Translations under genes and position numbers: made by a program | Source: Eubacteriales bacterium | GTDB taxonomy: Bacteria; Bacillota; Clostridia; Oscillospirales; CAG-272 | DNA length: 38,944 bases | NCBI GenBank assembly: GCA_045615165.1 | Contig: JAZLEH010000172.1 | Span: 1-38,944 of the forward strand | Direction: 5' to 3' | Notes under the pieces: model-generated | The model's input: the letters and a program-made list of their open reading frames with translations, nothing else | The model's database searches: none | Told to the model about the DNA's origin: nothing | Shown: positions 17,573 through 26,521 of the stretch, piece by piece | Position numbering within the stretch: position 1 is the stretch's first letter | Layout of the letters: every line of letters starts with the position of its first letter

Positions 17573-18430
17573 TCAAAGCACCAGCTTATACATTTCCGAT
17601 TTAGACATACCTCTGTCCTTTGCGGCGGCTTTTATTGCATCCATCTTTGAGAGCCCTGCCGAGATATAATGCTCAACGTGCTCAGCGGGGGAGAGGGAGA
17701 GTAGGGGATTTTCTTCACTAATCCCGTCGCCGCATCCTTCAAGCACCAGAACGAATTCTCCGCGCGGCTCTTTTTCGGAATAGAGTGCGACCGCACCCGC
17801 AAGAGTAGTTCTCACGACCTCTTCGTTAAGCTTCGTTATCTCGCGGCAAAGGGAGATCTTTCTCTCCTCGCCGAATGCCGAAAGCATATCCTCAAGCGTT
17901 CTTAAAAGCTTGTGGGGGGCTTCGTAAAATATCATCGTTCTTGCCTCGCCCTTAAGAGAATCGAGGTGCGCGCGTCTCTCGTTTTTCTGTGCCGAGAGGA
18001 AGCCTTCAAATGTAAATCTTCCGGTAGGAAGAGCGGAAAGCGCAAGTGCAGAAACTACCGCCGACGGACCGGGAATAACGCTGACCGTAATGCCCGACTC
18101 TGCGCAAAGCCTTACTATATCCTCTCCGGGGTCGCTTATCGCGGGCATTCCCGCATCGGTAACGAGCGCGCAGGATTCACCGCCGAGAAGCCTTGCAACT
18201 ATCCTCTCGCCGCTGGACTTTTTATTATGCTCGTAATAGCTAACGAGCTCCTTTTTGATTCCGAGCGCAGAAAGAAGCTTCATCGAGTTTCTCGTGTCCT
18301 CAGCCGCAACGAAATCGACCTCGGAGAGAACCTTCTTCGCCCTCTCGGATATATCCGCAAGATTTCCTATGGGAGTTCCGACGAGATAAAGAGTTGAATT
18401 CTGAACCTTATTCTTCTCGCTATTATCCAT
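17573..18430 (-). CDS. rsmI: 16S rRNA (cytidine1402-2'-O)-methyltransferase
   Basis: 285 aa. LYLVGTPIGNLADIS and AEDTR motifs of the tetrapyrrole-methylase-fold RsmI family. It holds the conserved position downstream of the yabB-like methyltransferase, as in Bacillus. Confidence 0.9.
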   Translation of the reverse strand: MDNSEKNKVQNSTLYLVGTPIGNLADISERAKKVLSEVDFVAAEDTRNSMKLLSALGIKKELVSYYEHNKKSSGERIVARLLGGESCALVTDAGMPAISDPGEDIVRLCAESGITVSVIPGPSAVVSALALSALPTGRFTFEGFLSAQKNERRAHLDSLKGEARTMIFYEAPHKLLRTLEDMLSAFGEERKISLCREITKLNEEVVRTTLAGAVALYSEKEPRGEFVLVLEGCGDGISEENPLLSLSPAEHVEHYISAGLSKMDAIKAAAKDRGMSKSEMYKLVL

Positions 18431-18444
18431 TTTCCGTCTTTTCC

Positions 18445-19194
18445 TTATCTTTTATATGCTTTTGGAAAAACGCCGTTTTCCATTATTTCTTTCATTTCTT
18501 CGCTGTATTCGCGGTGATCCTTCGAGTTATATATGATGAGCGGCGGGGTGAGCATCATTCCGCTCTTTCCGCCCTTTTTCGCCTCGATAAGCACCATTGA
18601 CGATTCGGAGGAGGTGTCCGCGTGTACGAAAGTGACTCTTTTGGGTTCAAGCATCGCTTCGCGCATCGCGACTATAAGTTCGGTCAGCCTGTCGGGGCGA
18701 TAGACCGCGTAAAACGATCCGCCGAATTTAAGCAGTCTCTTTGCCGCGTGGCAGAAATCCTTTATATCGCCGTTTATCTCGTGCCTTGCGATAGATTTCG
18801 CATCGTTTTCATTATTAAGTCCGCCGTCCTTTTTCATATACGGGGGATTTGTGAAAACTATATCCGCACTCTCCGTGCTCGAAAGCTCGCGAATATCCTT
18901 GTGAATTGCCGAAAGCCTGTCAGAGAGGGAATTGTATTCCGCGTTCCTTTTGATAAGGTCGCAGTATTCCTCTTGCACCTCGTAGGCGGTGATGATCTTT
19001 ACTTTATCACGCGCAAGAAGAAGCATTGAGATTATACCGCTTCCTCCGCCAAGCTCAATACCGACGCCGTATTTTCCGAATATATATCCTGCAAGCAATA
19101 GCGCATCCGTTCCAAAGGTGAGTCCGTCGGGCTTTTGTATAAGCGAGAGCTTGTCGTTAACCTCGTCAATTCGTTCGTTTTCGTGTATCAGCAT
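18445..19194 (-). CDS. SAM-dependent N6-adenine methyltransferase, YabB/TrmN6 (tRNA m6A37) family
   Basis: 249 aa. SAM-binding loop ELGGGSGI and catalytic TNPPYM (NPPY) motif. Synteny with rsmI. Confidence 0.75.
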   Translation of the reverse strand: MLIHENERIDEVNDKLSLIQKPDGLTFGTDALLLAGYIFGKYGVGIELGGGSGIISMLLLARDKVKIITAYEVQEEYCDLIKRNAEYNSLSDRLSAIHKDIRELSSTESADIVFTNPPYMKKDGGLNNENDAKSIARHEINGDIKDFCHAAKRLLKFGGSFYAVYRPDRLTELIVAMREAMLEPKRVTFVHADTSSESSMVLIEAKKGGKSGMMLTPPLIIYNSKDHREYSEEMKEIMENGVFPKAYKR

Positions 19195-19240
19195 AATATA
19201 TCCTGTAATCTATATGTTATGTCAATTATTTTGATGAAAT

Positions 19241-19270
19241 AAAAAGCGGAGTGTTGAAGCTCCGCTTTTT
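19241..19270. terminator. intrinsic terminator downstream of the ferredoxin gene
   Basis: AAAA-AGCGGAG-(8-nt loop)-CTCCGCT-TTTT hairpin, flanked by an A-tract and a T-tract. It lies between the ferredoxin stop (19288) and ATG 19194. Confidence 0.75.
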
Positions 19271-19287
19271 AATATGTTATTTTGGAA

Positions 19288-19455
19288 TTACTCCTCAACA
19301 GGTGCTCCAACGGGGCAGGACTCTGCGCAGTTTCCGCAGCTGATGCACTCGTCAGCGTTGATAACGTAGATATCGCCTTCGGAAATGCAGGATACGGGGC
19401 ATTCGGATGCGCAAGCGCCGCAAGCGATGCAATCTTCAGTAATCTTGTATGCCAT
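19288..19455 (-). CDS. fdx: clostridial-type 2x[4Fe-4S] ferredoxin (55 aa), not in the ORF track
   Basis: My manual reverse-complement translation gives MAYKITEDCIACGACASECPVSCISEGDIYVINADECISCGNCAESCPVGAPVEE*. It contains two CxxCxxCxxxCP motifs. A GGAGG Shine-Dalgarno lies 8 nt upstream of ATG 19455. The gene has its own promoter and terminator. Confidence 0.9.
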   Translation of the reverse strand: MAYKITEDCIACGACASECPVSCISEGDIYVINADECISCGNCAESCPVGAPVEE

Positions 19456-19490
19456 TATGATTTACCTCCATTTTAATAATGATTAATTAT

Positions 19491-19518
19491 ATTTTATCAT
19501 ATAATCCGAAAAAATCAA
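19491..19518 (-). promoter_or_regulatory. sigmaA-type promoter of the ferredoxin gene
   Basis: On the minus strand: TTGATT (19518..19513), 16-nt spacer, TAAAAT (19496..19491), with a TGa extended -10. Confidence 0.5.
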
Positions 19519-19552
19519 GAGGATTTTTAAAAAAATCTATAATTGGAAAAAA

Positions 19553-20467
19553 TTAGTCCTCTAATTCCTCTTTTTCGTCGTCCTTCTGATCGTTTTTGGC
19601 AGGAGTTTTAAGAACCTTAACGTCGCGGCATTTAAAGAGCTTAACGGTGTCCTTTTCTCCGTCGCCGAGCTTGACCTTTATCTCTCCTGCGAGGGGCTTG
19701 GTCTCAACGACCGTACCAACGCCGTCGGGGGTCTTAACGGTTGAATTAACGGGGGGAGTGCGCTTTATCGCTTCCTCATAGGTCTCGTGCTCGTATCTTA
19801 AACAGCACATAAGTCTGCCGCAAGCGCCCGATACCTTTGCCGAATTAAGCGAGAAATTCTGCTCCTTTGCCATCTTTATCGATACTTGAACGAAATCGGT
19901 GAGGAATCCTGCGCAGCAGAACTTTCTTCCGCAGATTCCAAGTCCGCCCATCATCTTCGCCTCGTCTCTTATTCCGATCTGGCGAAGCTCGATTCTCGTG
20001 CGGAAGGTTGCCGCAAGGTCCTTTACAAGCTCGCGGAAGTCAACGCGCGTCTCACAGGTGAAGTAGAAGATGAGCTTTGAGTTATCAAAGGTGTATTCCG
20101 CGGCAACGAGGCTCATATCAAGTCCGTGCGTCTGTATCTTCTTTTTGCAAAGGATCGCGGCGTCAAGCTCCGCCTGCTTATTCTTTTCATCCTTTTCAAG
20201 ATCCTCTTTGGTTGCGGGGCGAATAATTCTCTTAAGTGGGGAGATTATCTCGCTCTCGGGAACGAATTTGTTAGCCGTTTTTACCGTTCCGATCTCAACT
20301 CCGCGTGAGGTGTCAACGATGACCTTGTCTCCAACTGCCATCTTGTTTCTTGCGGGGTCGAAATAGTATATCTTTCCTGCTTCTCTGAAGCTAACGCCTA
20401 TGATTTCCACCTTTTTCGTCGAGGCAGGCGTGGGCTCGGCATTCTTTATTTCATTAAGCTCGGACAT
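19553..20467 (-). CDS. ricT: RicT/YaaT (PSP1 C-terminal domain) protein
   Basis: PSP1 domain with conserved Cys clusters (GICGRKFCC, GACGRLMCCLRYE). It follows holB as in Bacillus. I prefer ATG 20467 (MSELNEI...) over the track's GTG at 20476. Confidence 0.85.
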   Translation of the reverse strand: MSELNEIKNAEPTPASTKKVEIIGVSFREAGKIYYFDPARNKMAVGDKVIVDTSRGVEIGTVKTANKFVPESEIISPLKRIIRPATKEDLEKDEKNKQAELDAAILCKKKIQTHGLDMSLVAAEYTFDNSKLIFYFTCETRVDFRELVKDLAATFRTRIELRQIGIRDEAKMMGGLGICGRKFCCAGFLTDFVQVSIKMAKEQNFSLNSAKVSGACGRLMCCLRYEHETYEEAIKRTPPVNSTVKTPDGVGTVVETKPLAGEIKVKLGDGEKDTVKLFKCRDVKVLKTPAKNDQKDDEKEELED

Positions 20468-20482
20468 TAAAGTCACCGTCCT

Positions 20483-21529
20483 TTAAATAAGTTTGATCTT
20501 TGCGCCAAGGTCCGCGATTATCGCGGCGATGCCAACGTTCTTGTTCGCATCCTCAAGCGCGTTTTTGAATATATCGTATATTGCGAGAAGTCTTTTTACG
20601 TTCATCTCAGCCGATGCTTCAATGCAGGCATCTATCGAGGTGTAAAACAAGGGCTGAATATTTCTGTCGAACTTGATAAGCGAGATATCGCGTATCGCGC
20701 ACATGATCGATTCGACCGCCTCCGTAAATTCGCCCCTCGCCGTTGGAAGCGCGGATATCGCATCGTAAAGCTCGGAGAATTTTGCTCCGGGGCGAAGCGC
20801 GGCTATTATCTCAACCGTCGTCTCTCTATCCTTGCCGTTTTGCTTTGAATCGGCAGTTGAAAGAAGCTCTATTGCTCTTCCGATTCTTCCGTCCGCACTC
20901 ATAAGAAGCGAGCGGAGCTCGTCGGGTGAGGTTTTTGAATAAAGCCTTGCTCTGTCGTTTATCTGAACGAGCCTTTTTTCAATCTCGTCCGTGTCAAAGC
21001 GCTCCATGCTTATCGCTTGCGCGCGGCTCTTGATAGTCGTTAGGATCTTGTCCGCCGATTCCGCAAGAAGAAGGATTATAACGTTCGCGGGCGGCTCTTC
21101 AAGAACCGTAAGAAGCGCGTTTTGCGCGTTTGGAGTCAGCTTTTCAGCCTCGTCGATAACATAGATCTTATATCCCGATTCAACGGGGGAAAGGAACATA
21201 TCCTCTCTGAAAAGGAGCACCTCGTCAACTCCGATGGTGGCTTTTCCATCCGCTCTTTTTAGGTGGGATATGTCGGTGTAATTACCCTCTCTTATTCGGC
21301 GGCAGGTGTTGCACTCACCGCAGGGAAGCGGCGACGATGCGTCGTTTTTTCCCTCCTCACAGTTAAGCGCCATTGCAATGGCAGTTGCAAGCGTGCGCTT
21401 GCCCGACCCGCTCGGACCAACTATGAGAAATGCGTGCGGAAGCGTACGATTGTCTATCGATGCGCCAAGTCGGCGCTTGACCGCATCGTTACCGTAAAGG
21501 TCGGGGAAATATACTCTTGACGCGCTCAT
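20483..21529 (-). CDS. holB: DNA polymerase III subunit delta'
   Basis: 348 aa. AAA+ P-loop-like GPSGSGKRTLA, zinc module CGECNTCRRI, and clamp-loader box IDEAEKLT. Synteny with ricT. Confidence 0.85.
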   Translation of the reverse strand: MSASRVYFPDLYGNDAVKRRLGASIDNRTLPHAFLIVGPSGSGKRTLATAIAMALNCEEGKNDASSPLPCGECNTCRRIREGNYTDISHLKRADGKATIGVDEVLLFREDMFLSPVESGYKIYVIDEAEKLTPNAQNALLTVLEEPPANVIILLLAESADKILTTIKSRAQAISMERFDTDEIEKRLVQINDRARLYSKTSPDELRSLLMSADGRIGRAIELLSTADSKQNGKDRETTVEIIAALRPGAKFSELYDAISALPTARGEFTEAVESIMCAIRDISLIKFDRNIQPLFYTSIDACIEASAEMNVKRLLAIYDIFKNALEDANKNVGIAAIIADLGAKIKLI

Positions 21530-21593
21530 AACCGACGACTTCCTTTCTTAGCTTCCATAAGCCTTCACTGGTAAAAATAATTACCCGCATATT

Positions 21594-21622
21594 ATTATAT
21601 CAACAAAATTAATCTTTGTCAA
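21594..21622 (-). promoter_or_regulatory. consensus sigmaA promoter of the holB operon
   Basis: On the minus strand: TTGACA (21622..21617), 17-nt spacer, TATAAT (21599..21594). Confidence 0.6.
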
Positions 21623-21665
21623 TGGTAAATAATTTTATGATTTATAATCTTTTTAAATCTTTTGC

Positions 21666-21694
21666 TTGACAAAATTTGAAATTAATGTTAAAGT
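21666..21694 (+). promoter_or_regulatory. candidate sigmaA promoter of the class-C GH20-like gene
   Basis: TTGACA (21666..21671), 17-nt spacer, TAAAGT (21689..21694). Confidence 0.4.
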
Positions 21695-21768
21695 TATTTT
21701 GAAGTAATATGCGCACCCTGCGCCAAAAAACATTTTCAGGCTCGTTTTACGGGCGGACGGGAGTTTTT

Positions 21769-23640
21769 ATGAGGTTAAAATTTTGTGGCTTGACCGATGA
21801 GATGCGCGGAATCGAGATTCTCGCCGATGAGATCGGAATCAATGTCGTTTCCGAGTCGGAGGATATTACCGTAAGCGTTGAGTGCATCGGTGATAGTGCC
21901 GTTTCGGTATCTCTTAACGGAAAGTCGGCGGATATAAAATACGGCGGCGGTAAGTCGAAATTATATAGAGGTATCGCGATCCTTGCAAGCTGGCTTCGCG
22001 AGGGAAGAACTGCGGGCAAAATATCCGAAAAGCCTATCTTCTCGCTTGACGGCTCTATGGTCGATATGTCGCGCAACGCCGTTATGAATGTAAAAACGGT
22101 TAAATTTATGCTTCGCAAAATGGCTCTTATGGGAATGAACGCGTTTATGCTTTATACCGAGGATACCTACGAAATCGAGGGCAGAGCATATTTCGGTTAT
22201 ATGCGAGGCAGATATACTAAGGAGGAGATCCGCGAGCTTGATGCCTACGCAATAAGCCTCGGAATCGAGCTTATCCCCTGCATTCAGGTGCTCGGTCACC
22301 TCGCAACCCACCTCCGCTGGACACAGGCGGTATCCTACCGCGACACGATAAACGCTCTTCTTGTCGGTGCGGATGAAACCTACACCCTTATTGACGATAT
22401 GTTCAGAACTATCGCAGAGTGCTTCACCTCTAGAAGACTTCATATGGGTATGGACGAAACGCACGATCTCGGCACTGGCGCATATCTTGATAAGAACGGC
22501 TACTCTCCGAGAGAGACCGTTTACCTCGACCATCTTTCAAAGGTTGTACAGATCGCTCATAAATACGGCTTTAAGCCTATGATGTGGTCGGATATGTTCT
22601 ACGAGCTTTCGGCTAAGGACGGTATGCGCGCGTATAACCCCGCAATCGAGATCACCGAGGAATCAATAAAGAGAGTTCCGAAGGGCGTTCAGCAGGTTTA
22701 TTGGGATTATTATCACGACGACGTTGATTATTATATGCAGAATATCGAAAAGCATAAGCTCCTCGGAGAGAACACGATGTTCGCAGGTGGTATATGGTGC
22801 TGGGGCGGACACTGCCCGCAGTTCAGACGCTCGCTTTGGTATACCAAGCCTGCTCTCGAGGCTTGTAAAAAGGGCGGTATCAAGGAGATAATAGCTACCG
22901 TATGGCATAACGGCTCGGAGTGCAGCCTCGTTCTTTCGGTAGCGGCTCTCGCTTGGTATGCGGCATACGATTATTCGGGCGAATTTGATATCGACCTTAT
23001 AAAAAGAACCTTTGCTCTTGCTTGTCCCGATGCAAGCTATGACGATTTTATGGCGACCGATATCCCCGAGTTTCCACACGGAGGAAAAGAGGGACTCACC
23101 CGTGCGATCCTCTATAACGACCCCCTCGTAGGTCTTATCGACGCGCACCTCACCCGCTATAATATGAAAGAGTATTACGAGAATGCAAGCGCGCGCTTAA
23201 AGGATGCAGGACGGGATCTTGCCGTATTTAAGTACGCATTTGAGGTCGTATATAAGCTCTCCGTCCTTCTTGAAAACAAAGCGGACTACGGTATAAGATT
23301 AAAGGCGGCGTACGACAGAGGCGACAGAGAAGCGCTTAAGCTTCTTGCCGACGAATGCGATGCTATTATACCGAAGATAAGAGACCTCAGAGATGCTCAC
23401 AGAAAGGCTTGGCTTGAGCATAACAAGCCGTTCGGCTGGGAGGTGCACGATATTCGCTTCGGCGGACTCGTAATGAGATTCGAAACCGCGAAGATGCGAA
23501 TCACCGATTATCTTCTCGGAAACATCGATAAAATCGAGGAGCTCGAAGCCGAAAGATATCCATTTATCGGAAGCGCGGATAACGCTGACAATAACTGGCG
23601 CGGATATCCGGGAATCGCATCGGTATCGAGATTTGATTAA
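21769..23640 (+). CDS. GH20-like protein, class C (long form with N-terminal domain), no signal peptide
   Basis: I prefer ATG 21769 (MRLKFCGL..., GGGAG 5 nt upstream). The track ORF opens at 21709. Motifs: SMVDMSRNAV (compare the GH20 MLDxxR entry), IPCIQVLGHL and LHMGMDETHDLG (G-x-D-E pair). Confidence 0.65.
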   Translation: MRLKFCGLTDEMRGIEILADEIGINVVSESEDITVSVECIGDSAVSVSLNGKSADIKYGGGKSKLYRGIAILASWLREGRTAGKISEKPIFSLDGSMVDMSRNAVMNVKTVKFMLRKMALMGMNAFMLYTEDTYEIEGRAYFGYMRGRYTKEEIRELDAYAISLGIELIPCIQVLGHLATHLRWTQAVSYRDTINALLVGADETYTLIDDMFRTIAECFTSRRLHMGMDETHDLGTGAYLDKNGYSPRETVYLDHLSKVVQIAHKYGFKPMMWSDMFYELSAKDGMRAYNPAIEITEESIKRVPKGVQQVYWDYYHDDVDYYMQNIEKHKLLGENTMFAGGIWCWGGHCPQFRRSLWYTKPALEACKKGGIKEIIATVWHNGSECSLVLSVAALAWYAAYDYSGEFDIDLIKRTFALACPDASYDDFMATDIPEFPHGGKEGLTRAILYNDPLVGLIDAHLTRYNMKEYYENASARLKDAGRDLAVFKYAFEVVYKLSVLLENKADYGIRLKAAYDRGDREALKLLADECDAIIPKIRDLRDAHRKAWLEHNKPFGWEVHDIRFGGLVMRFETAKMRITDYLLGNIDKIEELEAERYPFIGSADNADNNWRGYPGIASVSRFD

Positions 23641-23663
23641 TTTAAAAAAATTATAGCGGGATA

Positions 23664-23692
23664 TTGTAAATTCCGTAAAAATGTGGTAAAAT
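23664..23692 (+). promoter_or_regulatory. sigmaA-type promoter of metG
   Basis: TTGTAA (23664..23669), 17-nt spacer, TAAAAT (23687..23692), with a TGg extended -10. Confidence 0.5.
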
Positions 23693-23795
23693 ATTATGTC
23701 AGGGACTCATTTGTCCCGTTTTGGAGTATGGATTAATCATTTTAACCATCCAAAGCCGCCTCTGGCGGTAAGGACTCCACGGAAAGGAAATAACT

Positions 23796-25733
23796 ATGGA
23801 AAAATTTTATCTCACAACCGCGATCGCATACGCATCGCGCAAGCCCCACTTCGGAAATACTTATGAAATCATAATGGCTGATGCTTTTGCACGCTTCCAG
23901 CGCAGAATGGGCAAGGACGTTTTCCTTTGCACAGGTACTGACGAGCACGGTCAGAAGATCGAAAACCTTGCAAACGAGGCAGACGTTACCCCAAAGCAGT
24001 ACGTTGACGGCGTAGCCGCTGAGATCAAGGGTATCTGGGATCTTATGAACACGAGCTACGATTACTTCATCCGCACCACCGACGATTATCACGAGGCGGC
24101 TGTCGCTAAGATTTTCAAGAAGTTCTACGATAAGGGCGATATATATAAGGGCTATTACGAGGGCTGGTATTGCACCCCCTGTGAATCCTTCTTCACCGAA
24201 ACTCAGGTGACCGAGGGCAAGTGCCCCGATTGCGGACGCCCCGTTTCACAGGCGCGTGAAGAGGCTTACTTCTTCAAGATGTCCAAGTATGTTGATAGAC
24301 TTATGAAGCATATCGAGGATAATCCCGAGTTCATCGAGCCCGAAAGCCGCAAAAAGGAAATGGTAAACAACTTCCTTAAGGCAGGTCTTCAGGATCTCTG
24401 CGTTTCAAGAACCTCGTTCAAGTGGGGTATCCCCGTTGACTTCGATCCCAAGCACGTAGTTTACGTATGGCTCGACGCTCTCACTAACTATATCACCGCC
24501 CTCGGCTACGATCCCGATAAGTCGTACGAGGAGCAGAGCGAGCATTTCAAGAAGTATTGGCCCTGCGACGTGCACATCATCGGAAAGGATATCCTCCGCT
24601 TCCACACCATCTATTGGCCCATCTTCCTTATGGCTCTTGAGCTTCCTCTTCCGAAAAAGGTATTCGGTCACCCATGGTTCAACTTCGGCAACGATAAGAT
24701 GAGTAAGTCAAAGGGTAACGTCGTATTCGCAGACGAGCTCAGCGAGGTATTCGGTGTTGACGGCGTGCGTTACTACGCTCTTTCCGAGATGCCCTATAAC
24801 TCCGACGGCTCTATAACCTACGAGAGCGTTATTTCAAGATATAATAATGACCTTGCAAACAACCTCGGTAACCTCGTCAGCCGTACTCACGCGATGACGA
24901 AGAAGTATTTCGACGGCATCGTTCCCGCACCCGACAAGACCGACGCGATTGACGACGAGCTTAAGGCGGCAGTTAAGGAGGGAATCGAATCCTCCGTTAA
25001 GCTTATGGATTCCTATCACGTGGCTGACTCTCTTGATGCGATATTCACTATGCTTCGCCGCGCGAATAAGTATATTGACGAAACTATGCCTTGGGCACTC
25101 GCTAAAAATGAGAACGACCGTCCGAGACTCGCAACCGTAATTTATAATCTTCTCGAAGTAATAAGAGTGGGCGCAGTTCTTCTTTCGCCCTATATCCCCG
25201 CAACTGCTGATGCGATATTCTCCCAGCTTGCAACCGATAAGACCGAGTTTGCTACCGTATCCGAGTTTGGCGCTCTTGAAGCAGGCAAGCCCCTTGGCGA
25301 AGCATTCACTCTCTTTGCAAGAATTGATGAGAAGGCATTCCTCGCAGAAATGGAGGCAAAGCGCCTCGCCGCTGAGGCAGCCGCCGCTCCCATTCCCGAG
25401 CCCGAGCACGAGGCTGAGATCGGAATCGAATCCTTTGGCGCAGTCGAACTTCGCGTTGCGGAGATCCTTGAATGCGAGCCCATTCCGAAGGCGAAGAAGC
25501 TTCTTAAGCTCCAGGTTGACCTCGGTTATGAGAAGCGCCAGGTAGTTTCCGGAATCGCTAAGTATTATAAGCCCGAGGAGCTTATCGGCAAAAAGGTCAT
25601 CCTCGTTACCAACCTTAAGCCCGCGAAGCTTTGCGGAGTTGATAGCTACGGAATGCTTCTCGCATCGGGCGAAGAGGACGTTAAGGTAGTATTCATCGAT
25701 AAGTCCGTCAAGAACGGAGAAAGAGTTCATTGA
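23796..25733 (+). CDS. metG: methionine--tRNA ligase with C-terminal tRNA-binding (EMAP/Trbp111-like) domain
   Basis: 645 aa. HIGH-region variant KPHFGN, KMSKSKGN, zinc knuckle CTPCES...CPDCGRP, and a C-terminal VELRVAEILECEPIPKAKKLLKLQVDLG OB-fold. Confidence 0.95.
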   Translation: MEKFYLTTAIAYASRKPHFGNTYEIIMADAFARFQRRMGKDVFLCTGTDEHGQKIENLANEADVTPKQYVDGVAAEIKGIWDLMNTSYDYFIRTTDDYHEAAVAKIFKKFYDKGDIYKGYYEGWYCTPCESFFTETQVTEGKCPDCGRPVSQAREEAYFFKMSKYVDRLMKHIEDNPEFIEPESRKKEMVNNFLKAGLQDLCVSRTSFKWGIPVDFDPKHVVYVWLDALTNYITALGYDPDKSYEEQSEHFKKYWPCDVHIIGKDILRFHTIYWPIFLMALELPLPKKVFGHPWFNFGNDKMSKSKGNVVFADELSEVFGVDGVRYYALSEMPYNSDGSITYESVISRYNNDLANNLGNLVSRTHAMTKKYFDGIVPAPDKTDAIDDELKAAVKEGIESSVKLMDSYHVADSLDAIFTMLRRANKYIDETMPWALAKNENDRPRLATVIYNLLEVIRVGAVLLSPYIPATADAIFSQLATDKTEFATVSEFGALEAGKPLGEAFTLFARIDEKAFLAEMEAKRLAAEAAAAPIPEPEHEAEIGIESFGAVELRVAEILECEPIPKAKKLLKLQVDLGYEKRQVVSGIAKYYKPEELIGKKVILVTNLKPAKLCGVDSYGMLLASGEEDVKVVFIDKSVKNGERVH

Positions 25734-26521
25734 TGAAATATTTTGATTCACACGCTCACTATTACGACGAGCGCTTTGAATCCGAATGCAACGAGGGTGT
25801 CGATTCATTGATCGACACCCTGCTTTCGTCAAGCGTCTCGGGAATAATAAACGTCGGCACGTCACCCGAAACCTGCCGTCTTGCGATCGCGCAGGCAAAA
25901 AAATACGAGAATATGCATACCGTCCTCGGCATCCATCCCGGCGACTGCCAGTATCTTTCCGAAACTCTTGATGAGGCGCTTTCGGATATCGAGTCACTTA
26001 TCAAGGATAAGAATAATAAGTGCGTAGCCCTCGGCGAAATAGGACTTGATTATCACTATCCCGAAACGGATAAGGAAAAACAGATGCGTTATTTCAAAGC
26101 GCAGATGAAGCTTGCAGAAAGTCTCTCGCTCCCCGTTGTTATACACGATAGGGAAGCGCACGGCGACGTTATGGACGTCGTGCGAGAATTTCCGCGCGTG
26201 AGAGGAGTATTTCACTCCTATTCGGGCTCGCCCGAAATGGCGGCGGAGCTCGTAAAGAGGGGATATATGATATCATTCTCAGGCACTCTCACCTTTACAA
26301 ACGCCCGCAAGGTGCGTGAGGTCGCCTCGGTGCTTAAGCCCGAAAACGTGCTTATCGAAACCGATTGCCCGTATCTCGCACCCCATCCCCATAGGGGCAA
26401 GCTCAATCATTCGGGTTATCTTGAATATACCAATCGCACCCTCTCCGAGATATTCGGAGTAAGTGAAGAGGAGTGCGCGCTTATAACGGAAAGCAATGCA
26501 AGGAGGTTCTTCGGATTATGA
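25733..26521 (+). CDS. tatD: TatD-family metal-dependent hydrolase (YabD-like)
   Basis: FDSHAHY, GEIGLDYH, VIHDREAH, FHSYSG and ETDCPYLAP motifs. ATG 25733 overlaps the metG TGA by 1 nt. The track's first codon at 25730 is TTG. It sits downstream of metG as in Bacillus. Confidence 0.9.
   Translation: MKYFDSHAHYYDERFESECNEGVDSLIDTLLSSSVSGIINVGTSPETCRLAIAQAKKYENMHTVLGIHPGDCQYLSETLDEALSDIESLIKDKNNKCVALGEIGLDYHYPETDKEKQMRYFKAQMKLAESLSLPVVIHDREAHGDVMDVVREFPRVRGVFHSYSGSPEMAAELVKRGYMISFSGTLTFTNARKVREVASVLKPENVLIETDCPYLAPHPHRGKLNHSGYLEYTNRTLSEIFGVSEEECALITESNARRFFGL

Noticed and set aside
19282-19476. Plus-strand 64-aa ORF from the track
   Set aside because: It is the antisense shadow of the minus-strand ferredoxin gene (19288..19455). 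That gene has textbook Cys motifs, a Shine-Dalgarno, a promoter and a terminator. The plus-strand ORF has no RBS and a low-complexity Ala/Gly/Cys-rich translation.
23641-23795. T-box or S-box riboswitch upstream of metG
   Set aside because: The leader is only about 100 nt. It lacks the conserved T-box sequence, a specifier-loop architecture and a strong terminator/antiterminator pair. I saw no SAM-riboswitch core either.
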